38,571 nucleotides of DNA, from IMG/VR virus record IMGVR_UViG_3300032255_000174, positions 1 through 38,571 of that record, one strand, 5' to 3'. This DNA is from a virus. Taxonomy: Duplodnaviria; Caudoviricetes. Below the pieces are notes generated by a model. The model made no database searches and was not told the origin of the DNA. It saw nothing but the letters and a program-made list of their open reading frames with translations. Shown here one piece after another: positions 27,828-36,876 of this stretch (positions within the stretch are counted from its first letter, which is position 1; every line of letters begins with the position of its first letter). The translations under genes were made by a program, and so were the position numbers.

Positions 27828-28082
27828 TCATCTGGAGTGATCCTTGACGCGACCAGCGGAGCGGATCGTTGGCATTTTGGACCTTGTGACCGTGATGACC
27901 GTGCCGCCGTTTATCGCGTATCGGAACCCTTCACAGACCACCGCCGAGCAACTTGGGTGTTCACCAGCCGTGTGAACCAGCTCTGCCATCTCCATCTTGA
28001 CCGCATCGATGTCGACGCCCTTCACGCGTTGCAGGTAGCGCAAGGCTGCGTGGTCGGTGACTTTGATGGGGATCCGTTTCAC
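27828..28082 (-). CDS. Small conserved phage protein (VTDHA..RYL.R motif)
   Basis: GTGA overlap with gemA; VTDHAALRYLQRVKGVDI...VITV. Confidence 0.7.
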   Translation of the reverse strand: MKRIPIKVTDHAALRYLQRVKGVDIDAVKMEMAELVHTAGEHPSCSAVVCEGFRYAINGGTVITVTRSKMPTIRSAGRVKDHSR

Positions 28083-28531
28083 TTGACCCGCTCCGACAGG
28101 ATGCCTTCACGCTTGCACCAGTCTTTGAGCGCGCGGGTGACGTCGTTGATTTGGCCAGCATCGCGCAGGCTGTCGATGTCGATAGGCACAGATTGCCACT
28201 TGGCCTCGAAACGGCTACGCAGGAAAGCGTTGAGGCCTGCGCGATCGGGTTTATTGAGCTTTCCTGCTTTGCCGAGCAAGCCCCAAAGGACGTGCACATA
28301 GCGCAGATCGGCGCGTGGTGCCGCCTTTCGGTGTTTCGGTGACACCTTGCCGTTAAAACCTGATTTAAAACCTTTGGCTTCCAGCGCTTTTACAACCTTT
28401 TGCAGATCGGCTTCTGACATATCAGACATGCTCCCTTTGCCTGTGGCCACCAGCTGCAGGTCGCGGCGCGTGTCCGCGTCGAGGCCCAACTGGCGGCAGG
28501 CGACAAAGATGAGTTTGCGGGTAGCGCTCAT
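28079..28531 (-). CDS. gemA: GemA / gp16 family protein (DUF1018)
   Basis: IFVACRQLGLDADTRR....TGKGSMSDM...L...GF; LNAFL; ALKDW..R. Confidence 0.88.
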   Translation of the reverse strand: MSATRKLIFVACRQLGLDADTRRDLQLVATGKGSMSDMSEADLQKVVKALEAKGFKSGFNGKVSPKHRKAAPRADLRYVHVLWGLLGKAGKLNKPDRAGLNAFLRSRFEAKWQSVPIDIDSLRDAGQINDVTRALKDWCKREGILSERVK

Positions 28532-28638
28532 GCCATCAGTCCTTTGATCAGCAGAAACCAGAAGAACACCGCGCTGACGACAACAGGCACAACCCACCAA
28601 TTTTTGGGCCAATCGGGTTTCTGACGCTTCTTTTCCAT
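28528..28638 (-). CDS. Small membrane peptide (36 aa)
   Basis: MEKKRQKPDWPKNWWVVPVVVSAVFFWFLLIKGLMA; fills gap, stop overlaps gemA ATG. Confidence 0.6.
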   Translation of the reverse strand: MEKKRQKPDWPKNWWVVPVVVSAVFFWFLLIKGLMA

Positions 28639-28642
28639 CGCC

Positions 28643-29293
28643 CTACGCCTTCGCCAGATCGACGGTGATGGTCTGCCAAGCGGCGTCATGGCTGTCGCGC
28701 TTGTAGGAGCGCACATAGGTCTTGGAGCCCACCACACGCATTGCGTCGCGGATGGCCTTCATGGCGCGCTGCCAGCGCTCGTCAGCGATCTCGCGGCGCA
28801 GGAGCATGAAAATTTGGGCGCGGTTGATCTGGCCTGCTTTGTCTGTCTTGAAGGCGTCGGTGACGATAGATCGCAGTTCTGCGTTGGCATCAGCGGACCA
28901 TTCATTGAGGCATTCGTCGACCAGCTGTTTGGCAATTGTTAGCTCTGGGCCAAAGTCGATATGATCTTGCACAGCCACTTGGACTTTATAGAGGCCGTCG
29001 ACAGTCATCAGGGTCTTGTTGCCCTTCTTGCCACCAACCGTCGTGTCATACTCTTGCGCAAGCACGGCCTCGAAGTCGCCGATGTCGTCAAAGGTATGTT
29101 CTTTCAGGCGGCTGACCTGACCAGAGGCTGCAATAGTGTGGCCCATGATTTTACGCACGATTTCGTCCTCGAGAAGGTGCTGCGCCTTGATGGTTTCAAT
29201 CGGCTGAAACCCACCCTTGCCGTCACCCATGTAGGTGTTGCCGTTGATGGTGGATTTGCCGTCTGGGATTGGAACTGGTTGAAAAGCGGTCAT
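28643..29293 (-). CDS. DUF3164 family protein
   Basis: GGKKGNKTL..DG, FGPEL.IAK.LVDECL.EW, RWQRAM.AI.D...SKTY.R.Y.R. Confidence 0.88.
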   Translation of the reverse strand: MTAFQPVPIPDGKSTINGNTYMGDGKGGFQPIETIKAQHLLEDEIVRKIMGHTIAASGQVSRLKEHTFDDIGDFEAVLAQEYDTTVGGKKGNKTLMTVDGLYKVQVAVQDHIDFGPELTIAKQLVDECLNEWSADANAELRSIVTDAFKTDKAGQINRAQIFMLLRREIADERWQRAMKAIRDAMRVVGSKTYVRSYKRDSHDAAWQTITVDLAKA

Positions 29294-29511
29294 GTGGATT
29301 CTCCGGTGTGTTGGATCAGGATGCGGGGCAGGATTTTGCGCTGGGTGAAGTCCGGCAATGTGCCAGAGATCACGAGAAGGCAGGCCATTGCGTAGAGCTC
29401 TTCGGTTGTGACCCGGTCCGCGCCGCGTGCGCCCAGCAGGTCAAGTTTGTGCACAGCACTGGCTGCAAGCTCGATTGCGCGCTGCTGGGTAAAGGGGGTT
29501 GGATCAGACAT
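29290..29511 (-). CDS. Hypothetical protein
   Basis: GGAG RBS before MSDPTP; coupled to DUF3164 gene. Confidence 0.65.
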   Translation of the reverse strand: MSDPTPFTQQRAIELAASAVHKLDLLGARGADRVTTEELYAMACLLVISGTLPDFTQRKILPRILIQHTGEST

Positions 29512-29827
29512 TGGCCACTCCATCATCGAGAACGGCCGCAATCAGATTGCCATCGACCATTTCGGCGAGCAGGCGCTCGGCCAACTCCGATGCGGTGATG
29601 TTGCGCACCCGCGCAGCGCTGCGAAGTTTCATGGCCGCTTCATTGGGCACAGTGATCTGCGCAAACTTCGGTGACCCTTTTTTGAACGGCGGGATCGTCA
29701 CGCCGTCACGACGTGCTTTGCAAACATAATCGTAGACGGTGTGAACGCTGCATTTGACGGTTTTGGCAATTTCAGTGCGACGCATACCTTCTTGGGCAAG
29801 TGCGATGATCTTTTGCTCGACCTTCAT
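29504..29827 (-). CDS. HTH DNA-binding protein
   Basis: GMRRTEIAKTVKCSVHTVYDY; C-terminal LIAAVLDD; ATGA coupling. Confidence 0.7.
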   Translation of the reverse strand: MKVEQKIIALAQEGMRRTEIAKTVKCSVHTVYDYVCKARRDGVTIPPFKKGSPKFAQITVPNEAAMKLRSAARVRNITASELAERLLAEMVDGNLIAAVLDDGVANV

Positions 29828-30192
29828 TTGACGTCCCCCTTTTTGAAACGCGCGCAGCCTCGACACGCGTGAAACATGCGCACTTTCGTGGGAGAAGATG
29901 AGCACAGAACCTTTGCCTCTTTCTGCCAAGCGTGACAGCCAAGCTCTTGGATTTCGCCCAGAGCGGGGCAGATGATCTTGCTGCGCATCAGGACCATGCG
30001 AATTTGGGCCTCAACGCGGCCCATGTCGCCGGGGTAGGTTTTTGTGATGACCTGACTGATGACCGCGCCGCTATAGCCGAGCTGGGCTGCAACCTTGTTT
30101 TGTGACGACCCATCGCAAGCGTCGACCAGCGCTTGAATATATGCAGGGACGTCACCCCATGCCTCTTGGGCACGCTTCAAACGGGCGCTCAT
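29824..30192 (-). CDS. HTH regulator with C-terminal Cys cluster
   Basis: SQNKVAAQLGYSGAVISQV..YPGD; CPALG..C...ACRGC. Confidence 0.75.
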   Translation of the reverse strand: MSARLKRAQEAWGDVPAYIQALVDACDGSSQNKVAAQLGYSGAVISQVITKTYPGDMGRVEAQIRMVLMRSKIICPALGEIQELGCHAWQKEAKVLCSSSPTKVRMFHACRGCARFKKGDVK

Positions 30193-30743
30193 AATCTGTC
30201 TCCCGACACATAGGCGAGCTTGTCGGTGTTGCCGTCGACGATGCACTCAAGTTTTCTGATCGTCGGGGCAAGAGGGCCGGTGTCTTTGACCAGGCGGTAG
30301 ATTGCGGGGCGTCCGCCATGGCGGGCCTTTTGCTCGACCGCGAGGTATTCGGCTTTCACAAGGTTACTGCAATAATGCTGCACATCTTGACGCTGCAGCG
30401 TCGGAAGCGTCTCGGAGAGGATTGTCAGAACCTCGTCGGGCGAGAAGCTTTTCAGCGACCGCATCGCTGTCCACATCAAGCCAGTTGGCTCTTTGCGCTT
30501 CTTTGCCGCCAATTCGTGTGCTGCATTTCTGTCGGATGTGCTAAACACGGTGCGGCCCTTTGTGTCTTTGCCCACCATAAAAACCAAATCCAGCCTTTGC
30601 AGTTTGCGCATGAGATTGCGCTGGCACCATTGCGATCCGGATGCGTTCGCCTTGATATCCGCATAGGTAAATTGGGATTGCCCAGAGATGAACGCGATGA
30701 TCTCGGCCTCATCCTTGCTCTTGGGTTGAACTTGATTAAGCAT
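30189..30743 (-). CDS. Conserved Mu-like early protein (winged-helix-like) downstream of MuB
   Basis: MWTAMRSLKSF, Y...L..AEYL, YRLVKDTGPLAP. Confidence 0.7.
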   Translation of the reverse strand: MLNQVQPKSKDEAEIIAFISGQSQFTYADIKANASGSQWCQRNLMRKLQRLDLVFMVGKDTKGRTVFSTSDRNAAHELAAKKRKEPTGLMWTAMRSLKSFSPDEVLTILSETLPTLQRQDVQHYCSNLVKAEYLAVEQKARHGGRPAIYRLVKDTGPLAPTIRKLECIVDGNTDKLAYVSGDRL

Positions 30744-31503
30744 TGATATCAACCTCGCCGATGAAGGCGCGGTTGCGCGGATTTGGGGCCTTGTTTTGCG
30801 CGAGAGGTGATTTTCCCCACTGGTCGAGGGAAATCTCTGCGAGGCCGAGCTCACGGCATCTTTCCAAAACCAGCGCAAAATCAGTGACCATGCGGCGGGG
30901 GATCGCGCCATTACGCTCGCGGATCACGGCGATCATTTGATCGCTGATCGTGATGCCTGGCGCATACATTTTAGCCAGCATTTTAGCATCGCCGAGATCC
31001 GCATATTCAGCCTGCACCCACGTCAAGACGCGGCTATCAACCTGCGGCCATTTGCGCAGGTTCTGGGGCAGTTGATCCATGCCGATCAGGACAATCGGAA
31101 CAGACGACCCGTCATACATATCGCGAATGACTTCGATCATGCCGCGCTGAACGGCGCGGTCGGCTTCGTCGATCAATAGCGGGCGGCGGGCCAAAGCCAG
31201 CTCTTGATTTACCTGCATCATCATGTCGGCGAGTGTCTTTTTGGGAAACACCTGCAATTCGCGCAAAATTTGCTCAAGAAGTGTCTTCTTGGTCCACATC
31301 GTTTGAACGGAAATGTGGATCGCATCCATGGAAGCGGCGGCATAGGCACATGCGATTGATTTGCCCAAGCCCGGCTCGCCGGAAAAGACGCCGATACCGT
31401 CAAGGCCATGCGCGCGGTTTTCCAGCCGCTTGATGACCTTGGTGAGAAGGGCGACGTTTGTCATCCCAAGGATTGAATTGCCTGTCGTAAGATTTTGTGT
31501 CAT
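30736..31503 (-). CDS. MuB-like AAA+ transposition ATPase
   Basis: Walker A GEPGLGKS, Walker B LLIDEAD; GAGGA RBS before ATG at 31503. Confidence 0.92.
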   Translation of the reverse strand: MTQNLTTGNSILGMTNVALLTKVIKRLENRAHGLDGIGVFSGEPGLGKSIACAYAAASMDAIHISVQTMWTKKTLLEQILRELQVFPKKTLADMMMQVNQELALARRPLLIDEADRAVQRGMIEVIRDMYDGSSVPIVLIGMDQLPQNLRKWPQVDSRVLTWVQAEYADLGDAKMLAKMYAPGITISDQMIAVIRERNGAIPRRMVTDFALVLERCRELGLAEISLDQWGKSPLAQNKAPNPRNRAFIGEVDINA

Positions 31504-31529
31504 TTGATCCTCATTGATACTGCAGTTTT

Positions 31530-31567
31530 CCGCCGCTCCGGGTGCAACCGGGCGGCGGTTTTGTTTT
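31530..31567 (+). terminator. GC-rich hairpin with U tract on the plus strand, between MuA and MuB
   Basis: CCGCCGC(T)CCGG-GTGCAA-CCGG-GCGGCGG followed by TTTTGTTTT. Confidence 0.6.
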
Positions 31568-31573
31568 GGGCGG

Positions 31574-33679
31574 TCACCTGACGGCCTCCGCACCAAAAGT
31601 CGTGAACATCTCGAGATTGCCAAGATACTCGGCAGTCTCGATGTAAGCTTGGGCCTGTCTGGCCTCCTCTGATCCGATCGGGTCACCACGCTCCGAGCGC
31701 TCGAGAATGGATTGCGCCCACCAAAACTTGTCAGCGGATGTTTTTTGCGGCTCCGCTGGCGCAGGCTTCTTGATCTGGAATGGCACAACGTCGCCGTTCT
31801 TGATCGCTGCGACAGATGGGTCGAGTGTCGCGCGCGCTGGGATGCGTGGGCGGGCAGGGGCGGCAGGCATGGCAACCACCTTGGTATCCAATGGGATGGT
31901 CGGCGGTGTCTGCATGCCGTCCAGCTTCGCTACGATCTCGGACATTGGAATTGGGGTGTGCAGTTTGGCTAAAACCTTTTCGGCCTTTTTGATCTTGCTG
32001 ACGCGGCGCGCGTTGTCGCGGGCACCGGCGATGTCAAAGAACCCAACCGCCTGCTGGCATTCTGCAAAGCCCAAATATTCACCATCCTTGGCGTAAATCT
32101 CTAGCCCGCGATGTAAGTCTTCGGGATCAAAGCGCGCAACGATCTCGGTGCTGGGTATCTGTGACATCCAATCGCTGTGATAGACGTTCTGCTGAAAATT
32201 GAGCCCGCCATTGTCGCGGTTCAGCTTGGCAACATGCTGCCCGAACATCCACAATCGCCGCTGCTCCTGTGTCGCCTTGCGGATCGGCGCCACCGCATAG
32301 CTTTCGGCAAAGACGTCGTCAAAGGAACAGCCATTGGCGACCTTTGTGATGCGACCTTGGCGGGCGTTATGCTCCGCGACTTTCTCGTCAACAACTTGCA
32401 GGAACTTGTCTAATGCAATGGCCCGGCTTCCGTAGTTTTCGGGCTTTGCCATTGGGTTTTTACCCGTGAAGGCACCGGTAAAACGTGGGTCGAGGGCGAT
32501 GTTGTTGGCAAAGTCGCGGAACCCGCGCTCGATGGGTTTGGCTTGACCGTGCGCTGGCGTCGCCCAATGCATTTTGATGCCCAAAAGCGGGAGGACCCCA
32601 AGCGGATCGTCTTCGCGGACCTTGAAGCGGAAGCGCGTTTTCGCGCCAGCGGTCAGCCATTTATTGGCAAACTCGTGGCCGTTATCAAACAGGCAGTCGC
32701 GCGGGATGCCGTAGGTTTCAACCATTTCGCCAAATGCGGCCATCACCATGACTTTGTTTGGGTTGTGATCAACGCGCCATGACAGCATTTTGTTGGAGTA
32801 AAGGTCCTGAAAAGCGACGATCTGCGGGCGGTCGACGGTGCCGTCTGGCCAACGCACAAAGACGTCGATCTTGTGACAATCGGCATTGACCGCCTCAAGG
32901 GAATGCAAGCCGCTGCGATCGCGGATTTGCGCAGGGTAACACCGCATCAAGCCCGCGACACCTTCGCGCAAAAAGACACGCGTTACGCGGGGAACTTCCA
33001 GCTCCATGCGGCGCTTTGCGGTGCGCTCGGTCAGCGTATCCCAGCCCTCGGCCTTTGCCATGCGTAGAGCAATGCGAAAGGATTCCTTAAACGTGGCGGG
33101 TTCACGGCGCAGATACAGGCTTTTGATATGATCAAGGAAGTCGCGGACGTTGCTGGATTTTGGGGCTTTGCGTGCAGCCAGACGGTGGCGCGGCGGCAGG
33201 TAGGCAAGGCGGTCCTCTATTGCCACACCTTCAATCATCTTAAACCAGTCAAATACGGTGCGCGGTTTGAATTTTGTGCCCATGATTGCGGCGTCAACCG
33301 CAGACACCTTTGTGGCACCTGCGGACTGCATCAACTCGACAGCTTGAATGATGTTCAGGCGCTGACGGGCGGTGGTTTTCACCGTGTCGGGCAGGCGGGC
33401 GAATGTGGCCCATGCTTGGCCGCGATCGGGCTTGCTATCAGGCGCAGGCGCATCGGCCATCAACAGGGCTTTGCGGGTCTGATCTGGCAGCACCGACCAG
33501 TGATACTGCCAGCCACCACCGCGCCCCGCTTTCTTGCGTGAACACTTGGGTTGGACGCGCCATGCGCGCTCGCCTGCCATGTGGTTTACACCTTGGCGGG
33601 TGCCGGGCATTTCGGGCAATCCGGATGCGGCCAACTGGTCGGCGGTCCACCAAAGCTGCTCTGGCTCCTTGCGGATCAT
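31574..33679 (-). CDS. MuA-like DDE transposase
   Basis: N-terminal Mu HTH (GLPEMPGTRQGV...GGGWQYH..LP); NADCH, FDNGHEF, KPIERGF catalytic triad. Confidence 0.96.
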   Translation of the reverse strand: MIRKEPEQLWWTADQLAASGLPEMPGTRQGVNHMAGERAWRVQPKCSRKKAGRGGGWQYHWSVLPDQTRKALLMADAPAPDSKPDRGQAWATFARLPDTVKTTARQRLNIIQAVELMQSAGATKVSAVDAAIMGTKFKPRTVFDWFKMIEGVAIEDRLAYLPPRHRLAARKAPKSSNVRDFLDHIKSLYLRREPATFKESFRIALRMAKAEGWDTLTERTAKRRMELEVPRVTRVFLREGVAGLMRCYPAQIRDRSGLHSLEAVNADCHKIDVFVRWPDGTVDRPQIVAFQDLYSNKMLSWRVDHNPNKVMVMAAFGEMVETYGIPRDCLFDNGHEFANKWLTAGAKTRFRFKVREDDPLGVLPLLGIKMHWATPAHGQAKPIERGFRDFANNIALDPRFTGAFTGKNPMAKPENYGSRAIALDKFLQVVDEKVAEHNARQGRITKVANGCSFDDVFAESYAVAPIRKATQEQRRLWMFGQHVAKLNRDNGGLNFQQNVYHSDWMSQIPSTEIVARFDPEDLHRGLEIYAKDGEYLGFAECQQAVGFFDIAGARDNARRVSKIKKAEKVLAKLHTPIPMSEIVAKLDGMQTPPTIPLDTKVVAMPAAPARPRIPARATLDPSVAAIKNGDVVPFQIKKPAPAEPQKTSADKFWWAQSILERSERGDPIGSEEARQAQAYIETAEYLGNLEMFTTFGAEAVR

Positions 33680-34560
33680 GATGCAGCCCTCCCGCGCGAA
33701 ATGAAGGCGATGTCGCCGGGGCTGTCATTGACTTGCGGATCCAGCAGCTCACGCAAGGCGTCAGCGTGGTCTGCGACAAACTGGCGGCGGGCGGATTTTC
33801 CGGCGCGTGCAAAGGCGTCGTTCAGCGCGCGTAGCTGCTTGTCTGCGTGACTGCGCACGGCGTCTCCGGGCTTGGCGTTGATCTGGCGCAGGGCTTTGGC
33901 GGCTGATGGGGCCTCGCCGCCAGCCATTGCCGCGCAGACGCGGAAACGGTGGACCGGATCCAGCTTGGCAATGGTTTGCAGGTCGGCCAGTGTGACCGCC
34001 TTTTTTGAGCTGCGTAACAGCGCGATGTCGTCATGTTGCAAGGCTGTGCCAGCTGCAATCATGCGGCGCACATGACGGTCTGACAGACCGAATTTCTCGG
34101 CTGTAGCACTTGCGAAACTCCAGACGGACATCGTGTCCATCTGGCTGTTATTCATTGCGGCAAGACCCTTGGCACCATTTTTTGCCTCGGGGTGCATCCG
34201 CTCGTAAACGCGCTTGCGCTCGGCCAAGAAAATCGCCGTGTCGAGCGGATCAAGATCGGCACCTGCAAGGTTGTCGTCGATCTCCATCAACTTGGCCCAA
34301 TCATCGGTGCAGCGCCATGCCTTCAACACGATGCTGTCCCAGCCTTCCTCAAGCGCAAACGTCAGGCGGTGACCGCCGCAGATCAGCCAAAGCTGGCCGT
34401 CCTTTTTCTTGCGCACGTGGATCTCGTCCTTAAGGATACCGATCTCGCCGTATGAGGCGCGGATGCTCTCGACGCCGCTGCGTTTAATCGGCCTTAAACG
34501 GTCGCCAAACTGGATGTCCTGCGGCGCTGCTGACGTGATTGATTGAATGAGGTCTGACAT
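33676..34560 (-). CDS. ParB-N domain protein with HTH
   Basis: LICGGHRL, EIDDNL...L..LD, ERKRVYE..HPE, TAEKFGLSDRHVRR; GGAGG RBS. Confidence 0.85.
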   Translation of the reverse strand: MSDLIQSITSAAPQDIQFGDRLRPIKRSGVESIRASYGEIGILKDEIHVRKKKDGQLWLICGGHRLTFALEEGWDSIVLKAWRCTDDWAKLMEIDDNLAGADLDPLDTAIFLAERKRVYERMHPEAKNGAKGLAAMNNSQMDTMSVWSFASATAEKFGLSDRHVRRMIAAGTALQHDDIALLRSSKKAVTLADLQTIAKLDPVHRFRVCAAMAGGEAPSAAKALRQINAKPGDAVRSHADKQLRALNDAFARAGKSARRQFVADHADALRELLDPQVNDSPGDIAFISRGRAAS

Positions 34561-34817
34561 TACAAACCCTCCGGTATCAGCAGGACGCCGTAAACCATCG
34601 CAAACAGCGCAAGGACACAAATGACATCGCAGATGATCTGTTTGGCCAGCAGATTTGATGCACCCTGATCAGGGCCGGGGGCAGTCGGGGAGGATTGACC
34701 CGTGAGTGGACCCCGATCAGGATGCGCTCTACCGTTGTGCCTGCCAGCAAAACAACGGAGAGATTCTTTATGTGCGAACCATTTTTGGACCGCTACTTTT
34801 GGGAGGCGCAGGCACAT
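34560..34817 (-). CDS. Small protein with C-terminal TM segment
   Basis: DVICVLALFAMVYGVLLIP; TAATG coupling to ParB gene; start uncertain. Confidence 0.5.
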   Translation of the reverse strand: MCLRLPKVAVQKWFAHKESLRCFAGRHNGRAHPDRGPLTGQSSPTAPGPDQGASNLLAKQIICDVICVLALFAMVYGVLLIPEGL

Positions 34818-35189
34818 GCTAACGAACTCCTTGATTTGTTTGATCTAGAGGCCCGTCAGCTTGCTGTTGGGTTTCTCGATCACTATTGGGACGATTTTCA
34901 GCGACAGTTGCTGAACCCTCCGACGAAGGCGCTTGTCTTTTTAGGTGCAGGTCCGTCAGCGCGATCTCGAACGCTTGCGAAAGTGCACAAGGGGGCAGGT
35001 CTTCATCTGTGGTGTCAGGCTCGTCATTTGGCGCTGCAATCAGCCACGTCATTAGAGATTGCATCCAAACTTGAAGCCGTGAGGGGGAAGAAATATCGTC
35101 AAGCCGTGCGATATGCAGCTCAAGTAATTCCGCGATATCCTGACCCGCCATCGTCAACCGATATAGCACTGCTGCGATTGGGTAGTTAA
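34770..35189 (+). CDS. Hypothetical antisense gene (MCEPFLDRYFW...)
   Basis: GGAGAG RBS; protein-like helical sequence; overlaps minus-strand ORF 34819..35412. Confidence 0.4.
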   Translation: MCEPFLDRYFWEAQAHANELLDLFDLEARQLAVGFLDHYWDDFQRQLLNPPTKALVFLGAGPSARSRTLAKVHKGAGLHLWCQARHLALQSATSLEIASKLEAVRGKKYRQAVRYAAQVIPRYPDPPSSTDIALLRLGS

Positions 35190-35412
35190 TAACCCGCAGC
35201 GGAAAGCCGATAATTGTAAAAACAACATTGATGCGCGGCTTATCGCGCCATGTGACGCTATAGGTCTGCCTAAAATCTTTTAGAAAGAGCTTTCTATTTT
35301 TGACGGCTTTTGCTCGTGCCTTCGCACCTTCAATATCAAAAAAACCGACATCTGGCGCATGACCTTGGTCACGGCGTGCTGATGTCATTTCTGCTGGCAG
35401 GCGGGTTTCCAT
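34819..35412 (-). CDS. Hypothetical early protein
   Basis: GGAGG RBS, TAATG coupling with upstream gene, stop next to following ATG. Confidence 0.55.
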   Translation of the reverse strand: METRLPAEMTSARRDQGHAPDVGFFDIEGAKARAKAVKNRKLFLKDFRQTYSVTWRDKPRINVVFTIIGFPLRVINYPIAAVLYRLTMAGQDIAELLELHIARLDDISSPSRLQVWMQSLMTWLIAAPNDEPDTTDEDLPPCALSQAFEIALTDLHLKRQAPSSEGSATVAENRPNSDRETQQQADGPLDQTNQGVR

Positions 35413-35858
35413 TAGGTGTTCCTCCGGATTTGGGCACCGGCGCTGGTTGCGCAGTGCAGGTCTGATAGGGCGTGGCGAATTTGGTGTTCTGACGCGACAA
35501 TGCAGTCGGTCTGGTCGTGCGCGACCAACAGGCATGTGTGCCGGTAGCTTGTCGAAATCGACGGTTGGTCTGGCGCGTTGTAGAAACTCAAGAAGGCGCG
35601 CCAGAACACAGGGTCGATCCGCGATGCGGGTGACAGCCTGTCGGCCATGCGCGACGATTGGATATCCCGGGCTGTCGCCAGTGCCATCGCTGATGCGCGC
35701 TGCAAGGCACGCATGCTGGCAGGCTGTCGGGCCTGATTGATGATGCTGATCGCAAGGATCAATTGCTCGGCCTCGGTCATATGCTCGGTCGCATCCGCTG
35801 CCATTTGGCCAGCCGGGGTCAGCGGCGCAAACGCCGTATTTTCTGCGGTGGTCTGCAT
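35412..35858 (-). CDS. Early protein with a MuA I-gamma-like DNA-binding domain
   Basis: FWRAFLSFYNAPDQPSISTSYR...ASEHQIRHAL; AGGAGG RBS. Confidence 0.65.
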   Translation of the reverse strand: MQTTAENTAFAPLTPAGQMAADATEHMTEAEQLILAISIINQARQPASMRALQRASAMALATARDIQSSRMADRLSPASRIDPVFWRAFLSFYNAPDQPSISTSYRHTCLLVAHDQTDCIVASEHQIRHALSDLHCATSAGAQIRRNT

Positions 35859-35859
35859 T

Positions 35860-36108
35860 TTAAGCAGCCTCCTCTTTCTGTTGGGGACGGGGGATATCAG
35901 AGGGCCAATCAAGGTCGGTGGGCCAGATGTTCTCAAAGCGCTGAACGACCGCCTCATAGGTGCCCGTGCTACAATCGCCGCCTTTCTTCAGACGGTCGAT
36001 AAAATCACCCTTCGATGTCACCCGACGCGAGATAGACCAGTGGGTCAAACCGGCGTGGGCTTCCATTGTTTCGGAAAGCGATACGATATGTTTCGTCATT
36101 TTACTCAT
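35860..36108 (-). CDS. Cro/Ner-like early regulator
   Basis: First gene divergent from CI; 82 aa; WP....WPSDIPRP tail. Confidence 0.75.
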   Translation of the reverse strand: MSKMTKHIVSLSETMEAHAGLTHWSISRRVTSKGDFIDRLKKGGDCSTGTYEAVVQRFENIWPTDLDWPSDIPRPQQKEEAA

Positions 36109-36113
36109 GCAAC

Positions 36114-36208
36114 CATCTAGCCACTACGGGCCAGATATGTCAAGCCACAAGGGGCTAGTTTTGCAAGTAATCTTTTGGGTAGGTTGTTTGGTTAGCCCAT
36201 GCGGGCTA
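36114..36208. promoter_or_regulatory. Immunity region: early promoter and three 16-bp operators
   Basis: TAGCCA-N4-GGGCCA (36118), AAGCCA-N4-GGGCTA (36142), TAGCCC-N4-GGGCTA (36193); minus-strand TTGACA at 36138-36143. Confidence 0.8.
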
Positions 36209-36876
36209 AAAGCGGATTTATGGACGATGTAATTAAGACCTTAGACGACGCCCTGAACAAGCATGGGCTTTCAGATGCGGCGGCGTCCCAGCTTGCTATG
36301 GGTAATCAATCTGCGATCAAAAATCTTAGGATGCAGCGTGGCGCAGAAAAGCGGTTCAACTATCTTACGCTCAAAAAACTCGCAGACGCATTGGATCTAG
36401 AGCTCTATTTTGGGCCGCGGAGATTGGTCACTGAAAAATCAGAAATCCTCGCCGACGACAGCGACTTCGTGCAGGTCAGTCGCTACAACGTCGTTCTGTC
36501 AGCGGGCGACGGGCGGGCAGGGGACAACGCAGAGCCTCTCTCACCAATAGCCTTCCGCGCCAACTGGATGCGCGATCATAATCTCGTCGCCAGCAGCTGC
36601 TGTGTCTTGACAGTTTCTGGCGACAGTATGCACCCATCACTTCATAGCGGCGACCTCGTTCTTGTCGATCGCACGACCCGACCGATCAAGAACCTCGCTA
36701 TATATGCCTTTTCTGAACCAAGCGGTGATGTGAGGGTCAAACGCCTTGAGAAGACCGACGATCATCTGATCATCACCTCCGACAACCCCCAATTCCCCAC
36801 ATCAATCATCGCCCAAAGCGACGCCAACGGCCTCTCGATCATAGGACGCGTGGTGTGGTCAGGGCATGAGTTTTGA
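36199..36876 (+). CDS. CI-like repressor with S24 (LexA-type) peptidase domain; alternative start 36220
   Basis: N-terminal HTH; LSAGDG cleavage site; GDSMHP Ser and VKRL Lys. Confidence 0.92.
   Translation: MRAKSGFMDDVIKTLDDALNKHGLSDAAASQLAMGNQSAIKNLRMQRGAEKRFNYLTLKKLADALDLELYFGPRRLVTEKSEILADDSDFVQVSRYNVVLSAGDGRAGDNAEPLSPIAFRANWMRDHNLVASSCCVLTVSGDSMHPSLHSGDLVLVDRTTRPIKNLAIYAFSEPSGDVRVKRLEKTDDHLIITSDNPQFPTSIIAQSDANGLSIIGRVVWSGHEF

Noticed and set aside
26203-27831. 542-aa minus-strand ORF
   Set aside because: Runs off-frame across ORF6N, the c4 RNA and the plus-strand gene; composition is not protein-like
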